From assembly GCA_018061105.1 (NCBI GenBank), contig JAGOUU010000003.1:1-58090 (forward strand): DNA of 58,090 nucleotides, read 5' to 3'. This DNA is from Gammaproteobacteria bacterium. Lineage in GTDB: Bacteria > Pseudomonadota > Gammaproteobacteria > JAGOUU01. Positions 12,184-21,533 of the stretch are shown in pieces. The position numbers and the translations under genes are program-made. Position 1 is the stretch's first letter. Every line of letters starts with the position of its first letter. The notes under the pieces are model-generated. The model was not told the DNA's origin. It saw only the letters and a list, made by a program, of their open reading frames with translations, and ran no database searches.

Positions 12184-13038
12184 ATGGAACTCTTAATTGT
12201 AAGCGGACGTAGCGGCTCTGGAAAAAGTGTATGCCTAAAAGCCTTAGAAGACTTAGGCTATAACTGCACAGATAATTTACCTATTAGCTTATTGGGTGAA
12301 TTTACAAAATTATACGCTAATCGCGATCAAATTGCCGTTGGTATAGATGCCCGAAATATGCCGTCAAATCTCCTAAAATTTGATGAATATATCAGTGCCG
12401 CCAAACAATTTGGTGCTGTCATTAATATTATTTACTTAGATGCGGATGATTTGACGCTGATCAAAAGATTCAGCGAAACCAGACGTCGCCACCCACTGAC
12501 TACCGACAATATAAGCCTACAAGAAGCTATTGCACTAGAAAGCAGTTTATTAAAGCCTATAGCAAATTTGGCAAATATTACTATGCACACTAGTAACATG
12601 AGCTCCCACGAACTAAAAAAAGAAATCTTAAATCGTCTAGGCAAAAATTATAATAATCAGTTAGCTCTTTTAATTCAGTCTTTTGGTTACAAAAATGGCA
12701 TTCCGACTGATGCTGATTATGTTTTTGACGTACGCTGTCTGCCTAATCCTTATTGGGATGTTAATCTAAGAGACTTTACCGGCCAAGATCAACAAGTCAT
12801 AGACTTTTTATCAGCAGAGCCCTTAGTTAAAACTATGTATGAGTCCATTATCCAATTTATGGCCAAATGGATACCGCTTATTAAAGCCAATCAAAGAAGT
12901 TATTTAACTATTGCTCTAGGCTGCACGGGCGGCCAACATCGTTCTGTTTATTTAGCTGAAGCATTAGGAGAATACTATAAAAATACCTACCCTACATTGA
13001 TTAGACATAGGGAGATAAATAAAAATTTTAGTCTATAA
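12184..13038 (+). CDS. rapZ: RNase adapter RapZ (YhbJ)
   Basis: GRSGSGKS, RFSETRRRHP, SFGYKNGIP, GCTGGQHRSV. Confidence 0.96.
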   Translation: MELLIVSGRSGSGKSVCLKALEDLGYNCTDNLPISLLGEFTKLYANRDQIAVGIDARNMPSNLLKFDEYISAAKQFGAVINIIYLDADDLTLIKRFSETRRRHPLTTDNISLQEAIALESSLLKPIANLANITMHTSNMSSHELKKEILNRLGKNYNNQLALLIQSFGYKNGIPTDADYVFDVRCLPNPYWDVNLRDFTGQDQQVIDFLSAEPLVKTMYESIIQFMAKWIPLIKANQRSYLTIALGCTGGQHRSVYLAEALGEYYKNTYPTLIRHREINKNFSL

Positions 13039-13045
13039 TTACCTA

Positions 13046-13315
13046 ATGCAAAAAAAAACACTCACTATTATCAATAAACTTGGCCTGCATACCCGAGCAG
13101 CCTCTAAACTAGTAGAATTAACATCAAAATATAAATCTACAATTAATCTTGTTTATAATAATAAAAAAGTCAACGGCAAAAGTATTATTGCAGTAATGAC
13201 CCTAGCTGCCTGTTATGACACTCAAATAGAAATTATCATAGATGGCGAAGACGAAGCAGAGCTGATGAGCTATATTGAGAAGTTATTTCGAGATAGATTC
13301 CAAGAAAGTGAATAA
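13046..13315 (+). CDS. npr: Phosphocarrier HPr/NPr
   Basis: GLHTRAA (His15), GKSII (Ser46), DGEDE. Confidence 0.9.
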   Translation: MQKKTLTIINKLGLHTRAASKLVELTSKYKSTINLVYNNKKVNGKSIIAVMTLAACYDTQIEIIIDGEDEAELMSYIEKLFRDRFQESE

Positions 13316-13405
13316 ACTCTCAGTCCATACCAGGCTCTTATCACATCTAGCACAGTATTACTCTGATCTAGTGGGTAATAGTTTCCCATAGTTTCTTATA
13401 GTTTC

Positions 13406-14446
13406 TTATTGAATAATATTATAGTAAATTTCTTCAGGTTTTTCTAACACATCCCATCTCCAATTTTCCACTGGGTCAATTTGTAAATAATTATCACCCC
13501 ACCGGCAATTCTGCGTAAAATTACTTTTATTACAAGAAGATTTATATTTTAAAATAAAAGTATAAGCCTGGCTAAGATTACTATTCCATAAATTAATTTT
13601 AACTTGTTCACATGCTTTGGCTAGTACAAAAAGCGCCTCAAGATTGAATAAGCTATAAGTTAAAGCACGCGTTCGTTTAAGCTCTAATGACTGCTTACCA
13701 TCTGGATTTATTTGATTAGTAATCAATATTTTTGAATCTTCACACTTTTGACGAGCCACATCTTGTTGACTTGTAAATAAAGCTATACTAACTATCTGCG
13801 CTGCATACCAAGATTGGTGATTATTCCCTGCTATAGCGTCCTTTCTGCCCAGCTCACTTGTCGTTAACCAATTTAAGTAATTAGCAAACCAGTTTTTTAA
13901 TTTTTCATAGTCTGTTTTAGCTAACATTTTTGCTTCGGCTAAATCATCAATAGCTTTCAAAAGACTAATAACATATCTGAATTCTAGAATACCTTCAGGA
14001 TTGCCCTTGTTATTATTCCGACCCAGTACAACTTGCGCATAATTTAAATTTGGATTCATGGCAGTATCTGAATTTAAAAACCATAGTCTTAAATATTCTA
14101 CTGCCTGTTTTGCTGATTGATTGTTTTTATAATTTTTATAATCTTTAGTTAAAGAAATTACAGTTTTTGCCAAATTTTTAAATTTGCCAGCATCACCTAA
14201 ATCTACTAATTGTTTATTACGAACTCCATCTTTACGAATATAAGGCAAGCCATTAGGTGAGTTTGGATCAGGCCACCAATAGGGAGAAAAGCTTAAATAA
14301 TCATGTGGGTCAAAATTATTAATATAAGCAATTTTAGATTTGCTGGATTTATCAGTAACTGGTGTTACATCTAAATCTTGTTTAGCAAAACTCGGACTAA
14401 TCAAAGCTGCTGTTATTATAATTAATATAAATTTATAAATAATCAT
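13406..14446 (-). CDS. Secreted alginate lyase, PL5-like
   Basis: Signal peptide; HDYLSFSPYWWPDP, PYIRKDG, MNPNLNYAQ, NNHQSW, YSLFNL motifs. Confidence 0.85.
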   Translation of the reverse strand: MIIYKFILIIITAALISPSFAKQDLDVTPVTDKSSKSKIAYINNFDPHDYLSFSPYWWPDPNSPNGLPYIRKDGVRNKQLVDLGDAGKFKNLAKTVISLTKDYKNYKNNQSAKQAVEYLRLWFLNSDTAMNPNLNYAQVVLGRNNNKGNPEGILEFRYVISLLKAIDDLAEAKMLAKTDYEKLKNWFANYLNWLTTSELGRKDAIAGNNHQSWYAAQIVSIALFTSQQDVARQKCEDSKILITNQINPDGKQSLELKRTRALTYSLFNLEALFVLAKACEQVKINLWNSNLSQAYTFILKYKSSCNKSNFTQNCRWGDNYLQIDPVENWRWDVLEKPEEIYYNIIQ

Positions 14447-15849
14447 ATAATTAAATCTAAGACTTCTGAGATATTACTAATTGTAAAAATTTTAAGCCCA
14501 GGAAACTCGCCCTTGGGTAAATTCAATTTTGGCAATATTGCTGTTTTGAACCCATGTTTTTGAGCTTCTTGCAAACGCATCGCCGCTGATTGAATGGGTC
14601 TTAATTCTCCGCCCAGACCTAGCTCACCCATAATAATAGTATCATTAGGTATGGGTTTATTTTTTAAACTTGAGATCACAGCGCATGCTATGGCTAAATC
14701 AGCAGCAGTCTCGTCTATTTTAACGCCCCCTACTACGTTAATAAAAACATCCTGATCATAAGTAAAAATACCGCTGTGTCTGTGTAAAACAGCTAAGCAC
14801 ATAATTAATCTTGCATGTTCTATACCAACGCAAATTCTTCTGGGATTACCCAGATGACTTTGATCAACTAAAGCCTGGACTTCTACTAGTAAAGGCCGAG
14901 TGCCTTCCCATGATGCTGTAACTATACTGCCGGCGGTTGGAACTTCTGTTTTTTGTAAAAAAATAGCTGATGGATTAGTAACAGCTTTGAGCCCCTTGTC
15001 ACCCATGACAAACAACCCAAGTTCGTTGACCGCACCAAATCTATTTTTTACAGCTCGTAAAACTCTATAACGATTGTCGCCCTGACCTTCAAAATATAAA
15101 ACAGTATCGACCATGTGCTCTAAGACTCTAGGGCCAGCTATAGCACCTTCTTTGGTGACATGACCTACTAAAAATAATGCTGTACCTGTTTGCTTCGCAT
15201 ATTGAACTAATTGACTCGCTGACTCACGGACTTGGCTCACAGATCCGGGGGCTGAATTTATATGCGAGCTACAAATAGTCTGTATAGAATCAATAATAAT
15301 AACTTTTGGTTTTATCTTACTAGCTTGTAAAATAATATTATCTACTTGAATCTCAGAAAATAATTTTATATTAGTATCTGTTATATCAAGACGCGCGCCT
15401 CGTAAAACGACTTGTTGCAAAGATTCTTCGCCCGTTACATAAAGCACGTCTAAATTTTGCGCTAATATATCAGCAGCTTGCAGTAACAAAGTTGATTTAC
15501 CTATACCTGGATCACCGCCTATTAAGATAACCGATCCAGAGACAAGACCTCCGCCAAGCACCCGATCAAGCTCGGATATGCCCGTTGTAATTTTAACGCT
15601 TTCTTCTAAGTCAATCTCATTAAAATCTTGAACTTTATTTGTATCTACTCCTGCATATCCCCGAAAACTATTAATACTAGGATTAGTAGTAGGGATTGCT
15701 GCTGCAATAGCTACCTCAGAAAAACTATTCCAAGCCTGACAATCTTGACATTGACCTACCCATTTAGCTTGTTGATTCCCACAATGCTGACACTCGTATA
15801 TTGTTTTAATATTTTTAGCTTTCGATGCTTTGGTGATTATATCAGACAT
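14443..15849 (-). CDS. radA: DNA repair protein RadA/Sms
   Basis: C4 zinc finger, GGDPGIGKSTLL, KNRFG, GELGLGGE. Confidence 0.97.
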   Translation of the reverse strand: MSDIITKASKAKNIKTIYECQHCGNQQAKWVGQCQDCQAWNSFSEVAIAAAIPTTNPSINSFRGYAGVDTNKVQDFNEIDLEESVKITTGISELDRVLGGGLVSGSVILIGGDPGIGKSTLLLQAADILAQNLDVLYVTGEESLQQVVLRGARLDITDTNIKLFSEIQVDNIILQASKIKPKVIIIDSIQTICSSHINSAPGSVSQVRESASQLVQYAKQTGTALFLVGHVTKEGAIAGPRVLEHMVDTVLYFEGQGDNRYRVLRAVKNRFGAVNELGLFVMGDKGLKAVTNPSAIFLQKTEVPTAGSIVTASWEGTRPLLVEVQALVDQSHLGNPRRICVGIEHARLIMCLAVLHRHSGIFTYDQDVFINVVGGVKIDETAADLAIACAVISSLKNKPIPNDTIIMGELGLGGELRPIQSAAMRLQEAQKHGFKTAILPKLNLPKGEFPGLKIFTISNISEVLDLII

Positions 15850-15949
15850 TGGATTGGCTTAAACTTTATTTAGAATGTTATTTAGAATGTTTAAAATGAT
15901 TATGTTAAAATTAGATCAGATTGATAAGTATTACATTTAAGGCCACGCG

Positions 15950-17455
15950 ATGTCAAAAACAAGAACTGCAATTACACCAACTAGAGCAGAAAATTACCCA
16001 GAATGGTATCAAGAAGTTATCAATGCTAGTGGCTTAGCTGAAAACTCTCCCGTACGTGGCTGTATGGTTATTAAACCCTGGGGCTATGCAATTTGGGAAA
16101 ATATGCAGCACATCTTAGACGAAGCTTTTAAAAGAACAGGACATGTTAATGCCTATTTTCCTTTGTTAATTCCCCTGAGCTACTTAGAAAAAGAAGCTGA
16201 GCATGTCGAAGGTTTTGCTAAAGAATGCGCTATTGTCACTCATACTAGATTAGAGGCTATCGACGGCAAATTAACGCCTGTTAGTAAATTAGAAGAGCCG
16301 CTGATTATTCGTCCAACTAGTGAGACTATTATTGGCGAATGCTATTCACGATGGGTACAGTCTTATCGTGATTTACCCATTTTAATTAATCAATGGGCTA
16401 ACGTAATGCGTTGGGAAATGCGCACACGTCTGTTCCTAAGAACTTCTGAATTTTTATGGCAAGAAGGACACACTGTGCATGCCACTGCTGTAGAAGCACA
16501 AGAAGAAACAACTAAAATGCTAGATGTGTATGCTAATTTTGCTGAGCAAGTCATTGCTATGCCTGTTATTAAAGGTATTAAAACTCCTGACGAAAGATTT
16601 CCAGGTGCAGTAGAAACTTATACTATCGAGGCTATGATGCAAGACTTTAAAGCTTTGCAAGCAGGGACTTCGCACTTTTTAGGCCAAAATTTCGCAAAAG
16701 CATCTAATATTAAATTTACTAATAAAGAGGGCCAGATTGAATACGCTTGGACTACTTCATGGGGTATGAGTACCAGGTTAATTGGCGCATTGATTATGAC
16801 CCACAGTGATGACGATGGCCTTATTCTACCTCCCAAATTAGCTCCAGTACAAATTATTATATTACCTATCTATAAAGACGATCCTGATGGCTTGCAGAAA
16901 ACCAAAGTATTAGAATATTGTCATGAAATTAAAGTAAGTCTAGAAGAACAAATTTATTTTCATCGTCCTTTACGTGTTAAAATAGACAACCGGGAATTAA
17001 ATGCTGGCGAAAGAACTTGGGATGCTATCAAAAAAGGAATTCCGATCAGAGTAGAAGTAGGTCCTCGTGATATTGCAGAAAATTCTGTTTTTGTTGGCCG
17101 TCGTGATCTATCACCAAAAAAGAAAATAAGTATTATAAAAGAAGAATTTATTGCGGATATTACTCGCCAATTAGATGAAATACATAACCATTTATTTGAT
17201 CGCGCTTATCTTTATAGACACAATAATTCAAAAGATATAACTTCTCAAAAAGAATTTGAAGATTTTTTTAGTGAAAAAAATTCTGGTGGCTTTGCAATTT
17301 GCTTTAGTTCCTATGGACCCGAGATTGCTGAAATAATTAAACCTCTTAAAGTTACAGCACGTTGCATACCGTTAAAAACTTTTGAAGAACGCGGCAAATG
17401 TATTTTTACTGGCCAAGATGATTGTCAAAAAATTATTTTTGCGAAGGCATATTAA
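15950..17455 (+). CDS. proS: Prolyl-tRNA synthetase, archaeal/eukaryote-type (no INS editing domain)
   Basis: WYQEVI...VRGCMVIKPWGYAIWE, RPTSET, QWANVMRWE, FLRTSEFLWQEGHT, QAGTSHFLGQNF, C-terminal CIFTG...FAKAY. Confidence 0.95.
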   Translation: MSKTRTAITPTRAENYPEWYQEVINASGLAENSPVRGCMVIKPWGYAIWENMQHILDEAFKRTGHVNAYFPLLIPLSYLEKEAEHVEGFAKECAIVTHTRLEAIDGKLTPVSKLEEPLIIRPTSETIIGECYSRWVQSYRDLPILINQWANVMRWEMRTRLFLRTSEFLWQEGHTVHATAVEAQEETTKMLDVYANFAEQVIAMPVIKGIKTPDERFPGAVETYTIEAMMQDFKALQAGTSHFLGQNFAKASNIKFTNKEGQIEYAWTTSWGMSTRLIGALIMTHSDDDGLILPPKLAPVQIIILPIYKDDPDGLQKTKVLEYCHEIKVSLEEQIYFHRPLRVKIDNRELNAGERTWDAIKKGIPIRVEVGPRDIAENSVFVGRRDLSPKKKISIIKEEFIADITRQLDEIHNHLFDRAYLYRHNNSKDITSQKEFEDFFSEKNSGGFAICFSSYGPEIAEIIKPLKVTARCIPLKTFEERGKCIFTGQDDCQKIIFAKAY

Positions 17456-17579
17456 TTTTCAGCTCTTGATTTTATTAATAAATTAATATATAACAAAAAA
17501 ACAGCTGATAGGACTGAGTATGCATTCAGGAACCAATTAACAATTTAACAATTTAACAATTTAACAGAAAGGAGTCTGT

Positions 17580-19124
17580 GTGTTAGGTGCTTTGATCACT
17601 CCTTTAAAGAATACTACGAAAACCTTTTATCAGGGCCTGCTTCAGGTTAAACCAAATAAAAATATTTTAGAAGTTTTTGAAAACTGCAAGTTAACAGCTA
17701 CTATTTACAATCAGATTTTACACTATAATCTTAAATTTTATTTATTACCTATTGTAATATTTTATTGGATTATCAAACCAATTTTTAGCCTTTTAAATTT
17801 TAATAAAATAAGTATTTTAGATTTATCATTGGATCTTATTTTTAAAATTTACTTACTAAAGCGCATTGCTGAGATGTTAATATATAATTTAATTTTAACA
17901 TTTGCAGCTTCTACGACGGCCGCTGCTGAAAGCCCAGATATAAAACAAGCTAAAATTTGTGATTGCTCTAAAATGGAAAAGGCCAAACAATTAGCCAAAG
18001 GTCCATTATATTATTTATCGAATCATTGTTTAGCCAAGATCATATCGTTAACTTTTAATCCACTGATTTCTTTCCCCTTTAAAACTATTACATATGGACA
18101 AGCGTTAGTTGAAGATTACTTAACTAATGCTGGATCATGTGTATTGCATAGACAAAATTGGCTGTCAAAGCATAATAAATTTGCTTTAGGTATCGGCGCT
18201 AGTTTTATCTTAAGCCATAGCTTACTGTCCAATTTAAGTATTTATTTTATCAATTTCTTAAGCGCTTATAAAATTGATTCTATTAGTAGTTTTATCATTC
18301 AAGATAGTTTTTTTAATATTATCTGGTTGTTTTTTATTTTAAACATTCATATCAATTCCACTCTGTTATTAACAACTTCTGAACAGCCATTATATATTTT
18401 TAAATTCAATCATTTAATCATCGATAAAATTTATGATTATTGGCAACCAAAAATCTCTAGATTTATTTCTTATCTTGGAAAAAACCCACCTAATCTTTTA
18501 CTTACTTCCATGATACAAACACTAACAAAAATATTTAAAATAATTTTACCTAAAAGCATTATTAATCCAGAAATTTTATTATCATCACCACCATTACAAT
18601 TATTTTTAGCGCAAAATTCTTATGATCTATTAAAAATAACAACATGGCTTCAAAAGTTAGATCAAACAAGATATTTTATTATTAGTACAGATTGGCTACG
18701 ACTTAAAAGTGCACTTAAATCTTTTTTTAGCCGCTGGATACCAAAAGCTTTGATTACTTTGTTATTTTTTGCAATTACCAAGCATTTTTTTGCAAAAATT
18801 AATCTACAATGGTTAGAAAAAAATATTAGAGACTCAAAAATAGACTCACTAAAAGACAATAATTCTACTATTGGTTTTTTTATTAAAATTATAAAAAAAA
18901 TGTTTAACATCAATTCTGATGTCAGGTGTAAAATTACTGATAGCGTTATTGTCGCGAGATTAATTGAACACCCCATGATAGAACATGGTTTTGAACTACT
19001 GCCTATGAAAGTTGCCAGAATCGCAGAAATCGCCCAAACACCCCAAGCAGCACCAGAAGAGTGGGAAATTCTCGATATAGATCTAGGCACCTCAACACGA
19101 CGAATACCTCGAGTAGTTGCCTAA
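17580..19124 (+). CDS. Hypothetical multi-pass membrane protein (weak EI24/CysZ-like segment)
   Basis: 514-aa ORF, GTG start with AGGAG RBS, several hydrophobic segments; family resemblance is a guess. Confidence 0.7.
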   Translation: MLGALITPLKNTTKTFYQGLLQVKPNKNILEVFENCKLTATIYNQILHYNLKFYLLPIVIFYWIIKPIFSLLNFNKISILDLSLDLIFKIYLLKRIAEMLIYNLILTFAASTTAAAESPDIKQAKICDCSKMEKAKQLAKGPLYYLSNHCLAKIISLTFNPLISFPFKTITYGQALVEDYLTNAGSCVLHRQNWLSKHNKFALGIGASFILSHSLLSNLSIYFINFLSAYKIDSISSFIIQDSFFNIIWLFFILNIHINSTLLLTTSEQPLYIFKFNHLIIDKIYDYWQPKISRFISYLGKNPPNLLLTSMIQTLTKIFKIILPKSIINPEILLSSPPLQLFLAQNSYDLLKITTWLQKLDQTRYFIISTDWLRLKSALKSFFSRWIPKALITLLFFAITKHFFAKINLQWLEKNIRDSKIDSLKDNNSTIGFFIKIIKKMFNINSDVRCKITDSVIVARLIEHPMIEHGFELLPMKVARIAEIAQTPQAAPEEWEILDIDLGTSTRRIPRVVA

Positions 19125-19133
19125 TATAAAATA

Positions 19134-20723
19134 TTATTGGCTTCTTCCACCTGCGCTATATAATTGCCGCAAATACTCGTATTGTGTAGGCAATATTTTA
19201 CTTAGTTTTTTTGAATCCTGAGCTATTTTTGCTAAATCAGCATTACCTTTATCCATAATATCTTTTCTATAATTTAGTAATGGTAAACTATGATTAGGTA
19301 ATAACCCTACTCCTGCAAAAATACATTGGTAACTACTGTTAGTCCAAAAGTTTTCAAATCTAGCAGCAAACGAACTATATAATTGATTATCTCCCTGATG
19401 ACTTTTACGGATTGGTAAACCAGCTTTTTGTCGATCTAGTATTAATTGTAATGACTCTGGCGTTTTTGTATCATATTTATTTCCCTTCCAAAAAGGAGTA
19501 TCTTCGCGTACTGCTGTTTTAAAATGCATAACGATAAAGTCTTTTACATCTTCTACCATGTAGGCTACTTTTTTATTAAATTTGTCACGTAAAACTGGCT
19601 CAATAATTTTATTAGGAAAATTTTTAATTAATTGGAATAAAGCCGCGTAGATAAAATATATACCTGTGGATTCTAACGGCTCTAAAAAGCCACTTGCTAG
19701 CCCAATGCTGACACAATTAGCTACCCATGATCTACGTCGTCTTCTCGACTGAAATTTAACAAATCTAGCTGTAACATTATCAGCTCTTTTGCCAAAATAT
19801 TGTCTGATTTCGCGCTCTGCTTCTTCTTCAGTCATGAATTGACTTGAATAAACATAGCCGTTACCCGATCTGTTATATAATGGAATCTGCCACATCCAAC
19901 CTGCTTTCATAGCTTGCGACGTCGTATACGGCCTGATTCCATTGATTTCTGGAGTTTCTGGAATATTTAAAGCCACAGCTCGATCAGTTAATAAGCTCTC
20001 TTCAAAAGAGACTATTGGTTCTTTAAGAATTTTTTCTATTAAGAATCCGGCAAATCCTGAGCAATCAATAAATAAATCAGCGGCATATTTTTTGCCAGTC
20101 TTACCAACAACACACTTAATATTACCCTGTTCATCAAGCTCTGCTGTTACTAAGTCGTCAATAATATGCTTAACTCCACGCTTGGTTGACCAACCTTTTA
20201 AGAAATTAGCTAATAATAATGCATCAAAATGATAAGCGTAATGCTGAACTTTTGTGCCATCCATAAGATTTGGTGATTTATTTTCATCACATGCTAAAAG
20301 GGAGCTAAAACATGCATAATCCATTGGTACTTTATAGTCTTCTTCTAAATATTTTTTAATCCAGACATGTGTCAATGGAACATCATCGTATGACGGGATC
20401 TCACCAAAGTTATGATAATAATAATCACCACCTTCTTCGATAGGTTTGCGCCAGTTCGAAAATTTCACACCCATCTTATAAGTAGCATTACAATGAGGCA
20501 TCCAATCAGATTCAGCTAGACCTAGACGGTCAAAAAATTCTGTTTTAATAGTAGGAACTGTTGCTTCACCAACACCTATTCTTCCTATTGTTTCTGATTC
20601 TATTACAGTGATATTAACATCAAAGTTAAGCGCTTGAGCAATATAAGACGCAGACATCCAACCAGCACTACCGCCGCCTATAATAATAATATCTTTAATT
20701 TTTTGATTATCTTTCATTTGCAT
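19134..20723 (-). CDS. Flavin-dependent halogenase, tryptophan halogenase (PrnA/RebH) family
   Basis: GGGSAG FAD motif, GEATVP, catalytic Lys in ATYKMG (K83), YHNFG, WMWQIP (WxWxIP), FLEPLESTG; colinear with PrnA as recalled. Confidence 0.95.
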   Translation of the reverse strand: MQMKDNQKIKDIIIIGGGSAGWMSASYIAQALNFDVNITVIESETIGRIGVGEATVPTIKTEFFDRLGLAESDWMPHCNATYKMGVKFSNWRKPIEEGGDYYYHNFGEIPSYDDVPLTHVWIKKYLEEDYKVPMDYACFSSLLACDENKSPNLMDGTKVQHYAYHFDALLLANFLKGWSTKRGVKHIIDDLVTAELDEQGNIKCVVGKTGKKYAADLFIDCSGFAGFLIEKILKEPIVSFEESLLTDRAVALNIPETPEINGIRPYTTSQAMKAGWMWQIPLYNRSGNGYVYSSQFMTEEEAEREIRQYFGKRADNVTARFVKFQSRRRRRSWVANCVSIGLASGFLEPLESTGIYFIYAALFQLIKNFPNKIIEPVLRDKFNKKVAYMVEDVKDFIVMHFKTAVREDTPFWKGNKYDTKTPESLQLILDRQKAGLPIRKSHQGDNQLYSSFAARFENFWTNSSYQCIFAGVGLLPNHSLPLLNYRKDIMDKGNADLAKIAQDSKKLSKILPTQYEYLRQLYSAGGRSQ

Positions 20724-21429
20724 CCCCCATTTTTGACATTAATTGTGCATCAGTAAAAAAATTGTTTTTACAAAAAGGCGCTAGCGCATGATGTATATTC
20801 ATAACAAAGTCATTAGATCCAAATACATAAAAATCAGAAACATTTAATAAATCTTTTTCATTTAGCTTTACTAAGTTACCATAGACTTTTTCTAAATCAT
20901 AACGACCATTAATCATTATGGGCTTATATTCTATGTCTAGTAAAATCTTGGACTGTTTGGCTTGTTCTACTAATTGGTCAAAATGTTTACCAATTATTAT
21001 TTCGTCTTCTGTGTATACGACATAAAAAATAAATACTTTGTGATTTGAATTAATATTAATTAAATAATCAATTATAGATCTAATAGGCGCTATGCCAAGG
21101 CCTTTACCTATGCCTAATAAAACATTTTTGTTTTGCCTATAGTAGGCATTACCTTGTGGCAGACTTATTTCTATATTTGACTTATTATTTCTAAAAAAAT
21201 TAATATTCTCATCATTACGCCCATGAAAAATTAATAACTGTAAATTATGTTCAAGAGGCGAAGACGCAATAGAATAAGCCAAAGCTTTGGCAGGATTTAA
21301 ATACACGTTAATATACTGACCTGCCATGAATGTAAGTCTAGCATTAGGACTTAAAGTAATCTTAGAGATAGTATTACTTGTTTGTTCTATCTTAATAACT
21401 TTACATAAAACACGAGTTTGAGGAGCCAT
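20707..21429 (-). CDS. NAD(P)H-flavin reductase, Fre/FNR-like
   Basis: FMAGQY, YSIASSP, PQGNAY, GLGIAPIRSI; overlaps halogenase start by 17 bp. Confidence 0.8.
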   Translation of the reverse strand: MAPQTRVLCKVIKIEQTSNTISKITLSPNARLTFMAGQYINVYLNPAKALAYSIASSPLEHNLQLLIFHGRNDENINFFRNNKSNIEISLPQGNAYYRQNKNVLLGIGKGLGIAPIRSIIDYLININSNHKVFIFYVVYTEDEIIIGKHFDQLVEQAKQSKILLDIEYKPIMINGRYDLEKVYGNLVKLNEKDLLNVSDFYVFGSNDFVMNIHHALAPFCKNNFFTDAQLMSKMGDANER

Positions 21430-21533
21430 AATCTAAATTAATCGATATGATTTATAATACCAGTCACATGATATCGGTTATATATAGAATAGACTTTAAC
21501 ACTATATTGAGAACAAAATATAGTCGATAAAAT

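Noticed and set aside
19134-21429. Pyrrolnitrin or rebeccamycin gene cluster; gene symbol prnA
   Set aside because: No prnB/C/D or reb genes in the window and lid residues differ, so orthologous function is unsupported
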